From an uncultured Candidatus Saccharibacteria bacterium (lineage in GTDB: Bacteria > Patescibacteriota > Minisyncoccia > UBA6257 > JACRHW01): 40,942 bases of DNA. This document shows, piece by piece, positions 28,808 to 38,768 of this stretch (position 1 is its first letter; every line of letters begins with the position of its first letter). The notes below the pieces were generated by a model. That model did not search any database. It saw nothing but the letters and a program-made list of their open reading frames with translations, and had not been told where the DNA came from. The position numbers were made by a program, and so were the translations under genes. The stretch is taken from assembly GCA_964388055.1 (NCBI GenBank), contig CAYLXU010000001.1:17120-58061 (forward strand), read 5' to 3'.

Positions 28808-30150
28808 GTATCTTGTATAGATACATGATAAACAAACTACGATCATACTATCATTTAATGTGGGCATATCTCAGTGCTTTTTTTTCTGGTTTTCCATCGA
28901 GAAGGCTTACGGTTATTGGTATCACTGGTACGAAGGGGAAGACGACAACAACTGAACTCATGGTCCATGTACTAAGAAGCGCGGGGCACAAGGTTGTTTC
29001 TTCATCTGGGCTCCAATTTCGTATAGATGAGAAAGTAGTTCCAAATGATTTTAAGATGACGATGCCTGGACGTGGTTTTCTCCAGCGTCTCCTGGCGCGA
29101 GGGGTAAAAGAGAGGTGTGATGTTGCGATTCTTGAGGTGACATCGGAGGGGCTGGCCCAGTCTCGGCACTCCTATATTAATTTTGATGTTGCGGTGTTTT
29201 TAGGTATTCATGAGGAGCATCTAGAGAGGCATGGGGGGTTTGAGGGGTATAGAAGGGCAAAGGAGATGCTATTCCAAGCGCTTCAAGAGTCAGAAAAAAA
29301 GAAGAAAATTGCAGTTATAAATACTGATGATGCACACGCTCCAGAGTTTGTAAAATATCAGGTAGACGAAGTGTGGGGATTTGGGTTTAAAGGAAATGGA
29401 CTTAAAAAGGGCATGAAAATGCTCAAGGCAGATGGTGTGCAGTCCACTGCCGCTGGTTTGCAGTTTTATATAAACGGCAATCGCATCCTTTCAAGAATTC
29501 TTGGAGAATTTAATGTATATAATGTGCTTGCTGTAGTTGCAGTTGCGAAGGCTCTTCACATAGATGACGGAGTAATTCAAAGCGCTATCGAAACATTTTC
29601 TGGAATTCCAGGGAGAATGGAAGTAATTAATGGGAAAGGAATTCACGTGATTGTCGATTACGCGCATACGCCGGACTCTCTTGAATGGGTATATAAAGAG
29701 GCACGAAGAATTTTTAACCCTAGCTCGATGGTGTGTGTTCTTGGTGCGGCAGGGGGAGGAAGAGACACGTGGAAACGTTCGGTGTTTGGCGAACTTGCGG
29801 CAATGTACTGTGATGAAATAATTCTTGCAAATGAAGACCCGTACGACGAAAATCCAGAAAGCATTTTACAAGATATTAAAAAAGGAATTGATCAGTTTTC
29901 AAATAGAAAAGTAAAGTTGTCGGCATCCTCATTTAATTCATTCCAAGAGACTTCAAAGACACATACGAATGCGCGGGTGCACATTATTTTGGAAAGGCGT
30001 GAGGCCATTAAAAAAGCGATATCTCTTGCGAAACCAGGCGATGTTGTGGTAATTACGGGAAAGGGGGGTGAACGATGGATGGTGCTTGCGGGGGGAAAGA
30101 AGATTCCGTGGGACGACTCCGGTATTGTAAAAGAAGTAGTATATGCCTAG
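28804..30150 (+). CDS. murE: Mur ligase family protein, MurE-like, copy 2
   Basis: Identical to 18291-19637. Confidence 0.65.
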   Translation: MSILYRYMINKLRSYYHLMWAYLSAFFSGFPSRRLTVIGITGTKGKTTTTELMVHVLRSAGHKVVSSSGLQFRIDEKVVPNDFKMTMPGRGFLQRLLARGVKERCDVAILEVTSEGLAQSRHSYINFDVAVFLGIHEEHLERHGGFEGYRRAKEMLFQALQESEKKKKIAVINTDDAHAPEFVKYQVDEVWGFGFKGNGLKKGMKMLKADGVQSTAAGLQFYINGNRILSRILGEFNVYNVLAVVAVAKALHIDDGVIQSAIETFSGIPGRMEVINGKGIHVIVDYAHTPDSLEWVYKEARRIFNPSSMVCVLGAAGGGRDTWKRSVFGELAAMYCDEIILANEDPYDENPESILQDIKKGIDQFSNRKVKLSASSFNSFQETSKTHTNARVHIILERREAIKKAISLAKPGDVVVITGKGGERWMVLAGGKKIPWDDSGIVKEVVYA

Positions 30151-30607
30151 TAGTGAAAAAGGATTTCTCAAGAAAGATCTCTATAAAAAGGTGTACAATG
30201 TTGCGCCTATTTTTTGCGTAGATATAGTTGCGGTGTGCGGTAACGAGTTTCTCTTAGGAAAAAGGGAGAACGAGCCTGAGAAAGGAAAATGGTTTCTCCC
30301 TGGTGGGCGTATTTATAAGATGGAACCTTTTGAAAAAGCAGTAGCGCGAAAAGTAAAAGAGGAGTTGGGTATTCGTGTTGCAAAAAAGGATTTCAAATTT
30401 CTAACGCTTGGAACCGTGATGTCAAAAAAAGCTCCATTTGGTGATGGTCCGTTCCATGCAGCAATTGGAGTATATAAGGTAAATATAAAAAAGAAGGATC
30501 TAGTAAGGGCAGATTCTCAACACTCAGAACTAAGATGGTTTACCACGATAGATAAAAAGTGGCACCCTTATGTGAAAGAATCTCTTCACGCAGCAGGATT
30601 CAAATAA
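30143..30607 (+). CDS. NUDIX hydrolase, copy 2
   Basis: Identical to 19630-20094. Confidence 0.7.
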   Translation: MPSSEKGFLKKDLYKKVYNVAPIFCVDIVAVCGNEFLLGKRENEPEKGKWFLPGGRIYKMEPFEKAVARKVKEELGIRVAKKDFKFLTLGTVMSKKAPFGDGPFHAAIGVYKVNIKKKDLVRADSQHSELRWFTTIDKKWHPYVKESLHAAGFK

Positions 30608-30614
30608 GATACGT

Positions 30615-32553
<1,939 letters not shown>

Positions 32554-32575
32554 CGATTACATGTAAAACAATGTG

Positions 32576-32605
32576 AAACACGCCATCTGGATGGCGTGTT
32601 TTTTG
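32576..32605 (+). terminator. Intrinsic terminator after fcl, copy 2
   Basis: Identical to 22063-22092. Confidence 0.7.
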
Positions 32606-32623
32606 TGGTGTGCCGAGTTAGGA

Positions 32624-32629
32624 TATAAT
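32624..32629 (+). promoter_or_regulatory. TATAAT placed 6 nt before the giant-gene ATG (leaderless geometry)
   Basis: TATAAT is at 32624-32629, followed by GTAGTT and ATG at 32636. The same element is at 22111-22116 in unit 1. The -35 is weak. Confidence 0.4.
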
Positions 32630-32635
32630 GTAGTT

Positions 32636-35600
32636 ATGAATGGTAAATTTGGAAAACGAGAAACGGTTTTTGTTCACGAGTCGCCGGAAGAGCTTATCGC
32701 GAAAGCAAAAATTGGTGGTTCTTTAGATCTCTCTTTATTGAGAGACGATGAAAAGAAAGAGGTATTACGATGGTATCGAAAACACGCGGATGATGGGGGG
32801 GTGTTGGGATATGAAGAGGCTACCGACTTTTTGGAGGAGTTTGTGAGGCACGATATGGTGCGTGATGCAGAGCTTGTGGGCTACATTAAGTCGGGAAACG
32901 TAGATGAGCATCGTCTTGGTGTATATTTGGGAGAGGCGGTAGAGCCGGGGAGATATGTGCAATCTTTTTATAAGTGTTGGTGGGCGTTTGGCACGGAAAG
33001 ACGGGAAGAGTTCATTTATAAATTTACAAAACAACATCCAGAACACGCAGAAATGGTGGTTCCGTTTGTAGACTTAAGTCGGGTATACATTGAAGAGAGA
33101 AAAGATGGTTCTGTCTCTCGGAAATCGATTCTAGAGGCGCGTTTTAAACGTATCGGCGATGCGAAGCGTCTCATAGAGGCGTTTTTGGCATTTTGTGATA
33201 TTGATGAAAACTTGAGTTCGCGCATGTCATTTGGGATGCGTTTTCACTCCCGTCTTATTGAGCATTATTACGATACAAACCGATCAGTACTATATCCATA
33301 TCTTGGAGAGTTATATGACAAGGGGTTTATTGATGATGGAAAAATTGAATCCCTCCTTGGTGCATATCCGTATTCCTCAGGAAATGTTGATTATACACAG
33401 GAGGAAGAAAAAGAGATGAAAGTGCTTGAGGGAAAAATAAAAAAACTTGGAAACCCTTCGGACCTCGGTAAGTATGGTCACCCATCGGAGTTTTTTCCTA
33501 GAAAGGACGCTCTCCGCCTTGAAGAATTGAGAGATCAGGGAAAGTTGCGCGCAACGGAATACTTACTTACAAATTTTATTGCACATCAAAAAAAATTTAA
33601 TTTCGATGTGCAGAAATTTTTAGGTGAATGTATTGAGTGGCGTGTACCTATTTTTGCGTTTGTGGATCAACTCGGTTTGAGTAAAAGGGAGGTGGGCATG
33701 CTTATTGCCCGGGCGAGAGTAGAAAATGGTGAGTTGCCCTTTTCTTTGGCAAACCTGGAGGATCTGCGGACACTTTTGGAGTTTAACGCGAAACACAAAA
33801 ATGAGGAGGGTGTGGATCTTAAGAAGATGGTGCTAGATCTTCTAAAAGAAGATTTTAAGACTCAAGGAGTAAATTTATTTGCCAATCGGGGCATTGTGTT
33901 GAGAATCGATAGGGTACTTTCCTTATTTGGTAAAGAGGAGGGAGAAAGATTGTTGGCGGCTATTACGAGCGATGCCTCGGAATTGTGGTTATTTAATCCA
34001 AGGTATGTGTTGGAACATAACCTGATGACGTTTGAGGAGCTTATTGATAAAACGTCTTCAAATGAATATGAGTATGTGAGACACCTTGGAAAGTTGATGT
34101 ATCACGCAAGGCTTCTTGATGTGGAACATGGTGTGGGCATGCATCTTTCTAATGTTGTGCAAAGAGCGAAAAGGATTATAGATACAAGTCCGGCGTTGTT
34201 TTTTGATGAAGATACTTCTCATGTAATTAATCAGATTTTTAACAGGGAGGAACGCGCTCTTTTTGTGGCGAATCATTTAAAACCGCCTGTGGATTCTTCT
34301 TTTTTGGGGAAACTTCTTGTTTCTCAGGACTGGTCCCCATTTCGAAATGTGTGTCACGATCTTCTTGTTTCAGAACCGATATTGTTTGCCGAGACGTTTC
34401 GTTATCATGAAAAAGGGATCTATAGTGTCCTGAGTCGGAAGGAGGTGCGAGAGCTTGTTCTCACGAATGCGGCGCACATGGATTTTGAACATCTTGCATG
34501 GAGCGATCAATTTAAACGAGAGCTTGTTTCCCACGCTGCATACCAAAAGAGGTTTTTTGAGTGTGTGGTTGAGAGGGGTAGCGCACAGGTTCTTGTAGAA
34601 TTTATAGGTCGAATGGAGTTTCCAGAAGTAGAGAATTGGGAACAAACCAAAAAACAAATTAAAGAAAACGAGGATCGTATACGAACAGAGCAAGAGAGGC
34701 TTGAAAGGGTAAGCCCGGTGTCCGATGGAGAAATGAGAGCGGAGATTAAAAAGAGAATTATTGATCTGATAGAGAAGACAAAGGAATTGAAGAGGAAAAA
34801 AAGTCTCGGTGGTGATATTGTTGAAACAAGAAGGCTTGTTGGGGAATTCAAGCGTACGGCAACGGAGGTGATGAGAGGTGTTGCGGAGAAAGAAAAATTT
34901 TTTATATTCAAGGATGGTGTTTTGGATGTGCTTGGGGAGATGGGGCGGGAAATAGCTCGTGGAGAGATTAGAGAGTATATAGAAATTCACCCAGAAGTGT
35001 TAATGAGATCAAGGTTTCACCCAAGACCTAGGCTTGTGTTTCGTGAGGTGTTAGGTGACGAGATGTTTTCAGAGCTTTTTCGAGACCACATTAAAACGTT
35101 AGTATTTTGGAACGATCGATACGGAAGGGGGCTCTTTGAGATGCGAGATCTTCCTCTAGATCTTCAAAAAGACGCCGCCACCTTAAACCCCTTCTTTAAG
35201 ATTCATGAAAAGGATAGTTTGCAGGAAGACTACTACGCGCATTGTCTTAGATGGTTTTCTTCATACAGTTTTTACCCGATTTTTGAAAAGCGTCTCATGC
35301 AAATTGCAAGGGAGCAGCAAAATGTTTTTGGTCAACAAACATCGCTTAAGTCCTTTACTCCAAACAAAGAATTTCATTCTCTTGGAAACTCTTTACTTCT
35401 TCTTGAGTCTTCCCCATTCGCGCGTCAGTACAGAGATGACATACTTGCACTCTCACCAAGGGAACAGGAGGTTACAATTTCTCTCTTTTCCTTCTTATCT
35501 TTTTATCATCTCGACGAACATGTGGTGTCACACCTTGAGGGAAAGAGCTTTGATTCTGCTCAGCAGGAGGCCCATGATGTGATAAGCCGCTTCTTACAAA

Positions 35601-36925
35601 AAATGTTTGAAATAAAGGAGGATCTCGGACCGGTCGCATCAATTCCTATTCAAGTTGTCCGCGCTCTCTCTATCTATTACAACAAGAGTTGTAGCGAGCA
35701 TCTGGCTATGAGTAGTGCGTTCAGAAAAGCAATAGTACCTATTCTTAAAGGAAATTACGAAAGTTGGCGTGCGTGGGGTACAGATGGTGAAGTGCAAGAA
35801 GAGGGCAAGGATGCAGCACTCATGCAGATGAAGAAGGATAAACTTATTCCAGAGTCGCTGAATAGAGAACAATACGAATCTTGGATCAGGGAGGACGGGA
35901 TGGATTTTTCTGAGGCTTTTTCGTACCAGATTACCGATGTGCGTTCTGGAATAAGAGACGTGATCTCCCGTGCGATGGTAGATCAACACATTGAGAAGGG
36001 TGAGCTCGAAACTGATTTTTTGGCACTCGAGAACAGATACGAACAACTCATCGCACCACTTAAGGAGATGGTAGCACGCCAGAAAGTGTTGCGGGATATT
36101 TCAAAGGGCCGCGATCTTACAGATGAGGAGAGGGGAGACTATGAGGGGCTTAAGCAGAGGATTCAAGAATATAAGGCGGGACACGAAGAAGAGTTTTCAA
36201 GTATTCAGGCACAGCAATATCTTGCAAGGCTAAGGAGTCTTACACTTGAAGAACTTGAATTACAAAATATTGTTCTTGGAAAAAAGAAAATTTCCTTTAC
36301 TGATGTGTTTAAGGTGCTACAAGGGCATTTTAAGGAAAAACAAGATTTTCTCTCGGACATACAAAGAATAAGAGACGTGCTGCAGCGAGCATATCAGAGT
36401 ATATTTGGGGGAGAAAAAGTGTCCCGATCACGTTTAATGGTCTCGGATGGTGTAGATCTGGAGACACATGTGCTTATTGGAGAAAAACCGGTCGCATCCT
36501 GCCAACATTATGATGGGTCGGATCTTAACTTTGGCCTTCTTTCTTATATATCCGACCCAGGAGTAAAGATCATTCAAGTGCGTGATGAACAAGGTGCACT
36601 TGTGGCGCGGGCGGTGCTACGCATGGTGGAAGATAATGCCGGACAACCTCAGCTTTTTATGGAACGTGTGTATTCAGTAAATACGCATCCGAAGGTAAAG
36701 GAGGCAATGGTGCGTTTTGCATTACGCAAGGCAGAGATATTGGGGGTAACGTGTTATACCCACGAAGGGGTATTTGCAGACATGTTTGAAATGGGTTCTG
36801 AACTCACAGTATTGCACAATCGTGGAAGCAGGAGCCCTTATGTGTACACCGATGCTGGGGGTGGTAAGATGCCAGATGGTGTGTTTGAGGTAAAAGCGTT
36901 TCAGATTCTCGTGGCAAAGGAATAA
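32636..36925 (+). CDS. Giant orphan protein (1429 aa), function unknown
   Basis: A single uninterrupted ORF. The start is moved to MNGKFGKRE because the first 21 track codons are the fcl terminator hairpin. The protein is mostly helical or charged, with a coiled-coil-like stretch (EQTKKQIKENEDRIRTEQERLER...). The C-terminal ~170 aa look like a globular alpha/beta module (CQHYDGSDLNFGLLSYISDPGVKIIQVRDEQGALVARAVLRMVED...). I found no catalytic motif I can name. Confidence 0.75.
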   Translation: MNGKFGKRETVFVHESPEELIAKAKIGGSLDLSLLRDDEKKEVLRWYRKHADDGGVLGYEEATDFLEEFVRHDMVRDAELVGYIKSGNVDEHRLGVYLGEAVEPGRYVQSFYKCWWAFGTERREEFIYKFTKQHPEHAEMVVPFVDLSRVYIEERKDGSVSRKSILEARFKRIGDAKRLIEAFLAFCDIDENLSSRMSFGMRFHSRLIEHYYDTNRSVLYPYLGELYDKGFIDDGKIESLLGAYPYSSGNVDYTQEEEKEMKVLEGKIKKLGNPSDLGKYGHPSEFFPRKDALRLEELRDQGKLRATEYLLTNFIAHQKKFNFDVQKFLGECIEWRVPIFAFVDQLGLSKREVGMLIARARVENGELPFSLANLEDLRTLLEFNAKHKNEEGVDLKKMVLDLLKEDFKTQGVNLFANRGIVLRIDRVLSLFGKEEGERLLAAITSDASELWLFNPRYVLEHNLMTFEELIDKTSSNEYEYVRHLGKLMYHARLLDVEHGVGMHLSNVVQRAKRIIDTSPALFFDEDTSHVINQIFNREERALFVANHLKPPVDSSFLGKLLVSQDWSPFRNVCHDLLVSEPILFAETFRYHEKGIYSVLSRKEVRELVLTNAAHMDFEHLAWSDQFKRELVSHAAYQKRFFECVVERGSAQVLVEFIGRMEFPEVENWEQTKKQIKENEDRIRTEQERLERVSPVSDGEMRAEIKKRIIDLIEKTKELKRKKSLGGDIVETRRLVGEFKRTATEVMRGVAEKEKFFIFKDGVLDVLGEMGREIARGEIREYIEIHPEVLMRSRFHPRPRLVFREVLGDEMFSELFRDHIKTLVFWNDRYGRGLFEMRDLPLDLQKDAATLNPFFKIHEKDSLQEDYYAHCLRWFSSYSFYPIFEKRLMQIAREQQNVFGQQTSLKSFTPNKEFHSLGNSLLLLESSPFARQYRDDILALSPREQEVTISLFSFLSFYHLDEHVVSHLEGKSFDSAQQEAHDVISRFLQKMFEIKEDLGPVASIPIQVVRALSIYYNKSCSEHLAMSSAFRKAIVPILKGNYESWRAWGTDGEVQEEGKDAALMQMKKDKLIPESLNREQYESWIREDGMDFSEAFSYQITDVRSGIRDVISRAMVDQHIEKGELETDFLALENRYEQLIAPLKEMVARQKVLRDISKGRDLTDEERGDYEGLKQRIQEYKAGHEEEFSSIQAQQYLARLRSLTLEELELQNIVLGKKKISFTDVFKVLQGHFKEKQDFLSDIQRIRDVLQRAYQSIFGGEKVSRSRLMVSDGVDLETHVLIGEKPVASCQHYDGSDLNFGLLSYISDPGVKIIQVRDEQGALVARAVLRMVEDNAGQPQLFMERVYSVNTHPKVKEAMVRFALRKAEILGVTCYTHEGVFADMFEMGSELTVLHNRGSRSPYVYTDAGGGKMPDGVFEVKAFQILVAKE

Positions 36926-36956
36926 AAAAGGACGGCTTATGCCGTCCCGTCTTTTC
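36924..36956. terminator. Bidirectional intrinsic terminator between the giant gene and the Ubl gene
   Basis: AAAAAA-GGACGGC-TTAT-GCCGTCC-CGTCTTTTCG. The stem is at 36930-36947, with an A-run on one side and a T-rich tail on the other. Confidence 0.7.
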
Positions 36957-36969
36957 GTTATTGTTATAA

Positions 36970-37188
36970 TTAGCCCTTTACTCCAGATTCCTTCAGGAAT
37001 TCCAACTCATCTTCCTGGCCCGTAAGCCGGAACTCGGTTGGGTCGTTCACCTGTTTGCCATCCACGAGGACCGTTTCATGGTCGGGAGTTACGTTGAGCA
37101 TTGCAGAAACCATGTTCTGCACCTCTTCCACTGTCTTGCCACCCACTTCTTCCACGGTGATGCTGTTTGCGCCGCACACTACCGTCAT
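36970..37188 (-). CDS. Ubiquitin-like beta-grasp protein (ThiS/MoaD-like, 72 aa) ending in a C-terminal Gly
   Basis: MTVVCGANSITVEEVGGKTVEEVQNMVSAMLNVTPDHETVLVDGKQVNDPTEFRLTGQEDELEFLKESGVKG-stop has ThiS-like spacing (G.TV.E, V.VDG..V, L..DE.EF). GGAGGTGA (37200-37193) is correctly spaced for ATG 37188 and not for the track start at 37206. Confidence 0.7.
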   Translation of the reverse strand: MTVVCGANSITVEEVGGKTVEEVQNMVSAMLNVTPDHETVLVDGKQVNDPTEFRLTGQEDELEFLKESGVKG

Positions 37189-37260
37189 ATTCTCACCTCC
37201 TTCCATGCAGATTTTAGGTATAAGAACTTTGTATGTTATAGCATTCTGCCCAACGAACTG

Positions 37261-37968
37261 TCAATAGTTTGGATTGAGGTAGTCGTAGACTTTTCTTTTT
37301 ACAGGCCGCACGTTTCCTGTTTTAAGGTCAAAGTACTGTTCCGTAAATGGGATTGCGTCACCTCTCGACCAGAGGGTAAGCGCATTAAGCATGAGTGCCG
37401 CGATGGTAAGATTTACCGTAAGAATTTGTGGCGACCCTGCTTCTATAAGCTCATCACATCCACGGTGTGCTGGGTTGCGATCTTTTGGAAATCCAATCTC
37501 TCGATGATATGCGGTAAGGGGAGGGGTTACATCCTTTCCGTCTCGGCGTTCATATACTTGGATATTTCCATCATACTCATCGTTACCTCCTGAGATGAGG
37601 AGCCCATTTTTAAGCATTCCAACACAATCTGAAAGAACTTTCCGTGTTGCATGATTATCAACGCAAGCGAGCACAACATCTCCCTCACGAATGTAGACGT
37701 AGGAGTTGTCTTCATCGACGTATTTTGCCTTTGAGGAAATTTCCAACTCACCAAAGATGAGTTTAAGTCGTTCCGTGGTGGCAACCGCTTTATTTATACC
37801 AATTTCTCCTACGCGTTGCCGTTCTCGGTTTTTCTCTTCATATTGATCTCCATCAACAAGAACAAGGCGATTTGAGACACGTTTTCGATCTGCATAGGCA
37901 ATCATTCTGCAAAGTGGGTCTATGAGACACGTTCCGATACCACCAAGTCCGATTACAACAGTTCTCAT
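37261..37968 (-). CDS. E1-like adenylyltransferase (ThiF/MoeB/HesA family), minimal 235-aa form
   Basis: MRTVVIGLGGIGTCL is the GxGxxG loop. LVDGDQYEEKNRERQ and VLACVDNHATRKVL match the E1 nucleotide/Mg motifs (D.D.V...N..RQ; D..DN...R). Its ATG at 37968 overlaps the JAB stop as ATGA. The 78 track codons upstream lie inside the JAB gene. Confidence 0.8.
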   Translation of the reverse strand: MRTVVIGLGGIGTCLIDPLCRMIAYADRKRVSNRLVLVDGDQYEEKNRERQRVGEIGINKAVATTERLKLIFGELEISSKAKYVDEDNSYVYIREGDVVLACVDNHATRKVLSDCVGMLKNGLLISGGNDEYDGNIQVYERRDGKDVTPPLTAYHREIGFPKDRNPAHRGCDELIEAGSPQILTVNLTIAALMLNALTLWSRGDAIPFTEQYFDLKTGNVRPVKRKVYDYLNPNY

Positions 37969-38768
37969 GATTTGCGCCTTCCTTTCTTTTTGCGTGCGTG
38001 CTTTGCTTCCTGAAGCCTCGTGCGGAGAGGCGTGAGAAGACCAAGTACATTCCAAGACTTTTCTGGTGTAATCTGTTCGAGCCACTCCTGTGGAGGAGTA
38101 TATGATCTCGGGAGCATGTTTTCCTGATTGTTCAGATAAAACGTATGATTTGGATCTGGTACGCGGATTTTCGAGGGCACCTTTACGATTCCCCGTATCC
38201 ACTCTTCCGGATTTAGAGGGAATCGTGTTCCATTGATCGCTACCTGAACACTCAGTTCAAAATTGCGAGACCTTCCTGTCTTACCAAGTCGACCAAAGGT
38301 TCCATGAATACCATCAATACTTTTTTCATCACACACATCAGTGCTTGAATGAAATGCGCTTCCGGAACCATGTGAGTGAAACGTCCCAATCAGGAGTTCC
38401 TCGGGATTGCGACGCGGTATGTCATACGTCGCACGCCCAGCGCTTACGCGTTGAGGTGGGACAGAAATGCGATACTTATTCGTTGTGGTGTTAATCCAAA
38501 GGAGAACGACTGCTTCTGTTCCGTGTGTGTTGTATACCCATGCAAAGAGGCGAAGTATTTCGAGTAGAATCTTTTTTGGAATAATCGGAAAAAGCGGGGT
38601 AAGAGTAGGAGTCTGTGGTTCAAGAGTACTAATCTCAGGTACGGGGACAGTTGCCTCCCAATATCGCATCTTCTTTCTTACAAAACATCCATTTCTTGCC
38701 AGAATAAAACAGTTACCATTTTCAGTGGGAGGAGTTTCTCCCTGATGTTTGATGAAAATCGGATACAT
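37965..38768 (-). CDS. JAB/JAMM (MPN+) metalloprotease
   Basis: FHSHGSGSAFHSSTD is an exact H-x-H-x7-S-x2-D (H131, H133, S141, D144), with an upstream Glu in HGTEAVVLL. The SD AAGGAG lies 8 nt upstream. The start overlaps the upstream stop as TGATG. Confidence 0.85.
   Translation of the reverse strand: MYPIFIKHQGETPPTENGNCFILARNGCFVRKKMRYWEATVPVPEISTLEPQTPTLTPLFPIIPKKILLEILRLFAWVYNTHGTEAVVLLWINTTTNKYRISVPPQRVSAGRATYDIPRRNPEELLIGTFHSHGSGSAFHSSTDVCDEKSIDGIHGTFGRLGKTGRSRNFELSVQVAINGTRFPLNPEEWIRGIVKVPSKIRVPDPNHTFYLNNQENMLPRSYTPPQEWLEQITPEKSWNVLGLLTPLRTRLQEAKHARKKKGRRKS

Noticed and set aside
32573-32635. The track start of the giant ORF (and of its truncated twin at 22060), MKHAIWMACFLWCAELGYNVV.
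   Set aside because: These 21 codons begin with GTG and consist of the fcl terminator hairpin plus the TATAAT box. The ATG at 32636 (22123 in unit 1) is the credible start.
37969-38202. The 78-codon N-terminal extension of the E1 ORF in the track (313 aa).
   Set aside because: It lies entirely inside the JAB coding region in another frame and has no E1-like sequence. The ATGA stop/start overlap with an AAGGAAGG SD gives a complete Rossmann N-terminus (MRTVVIGLGGIG).
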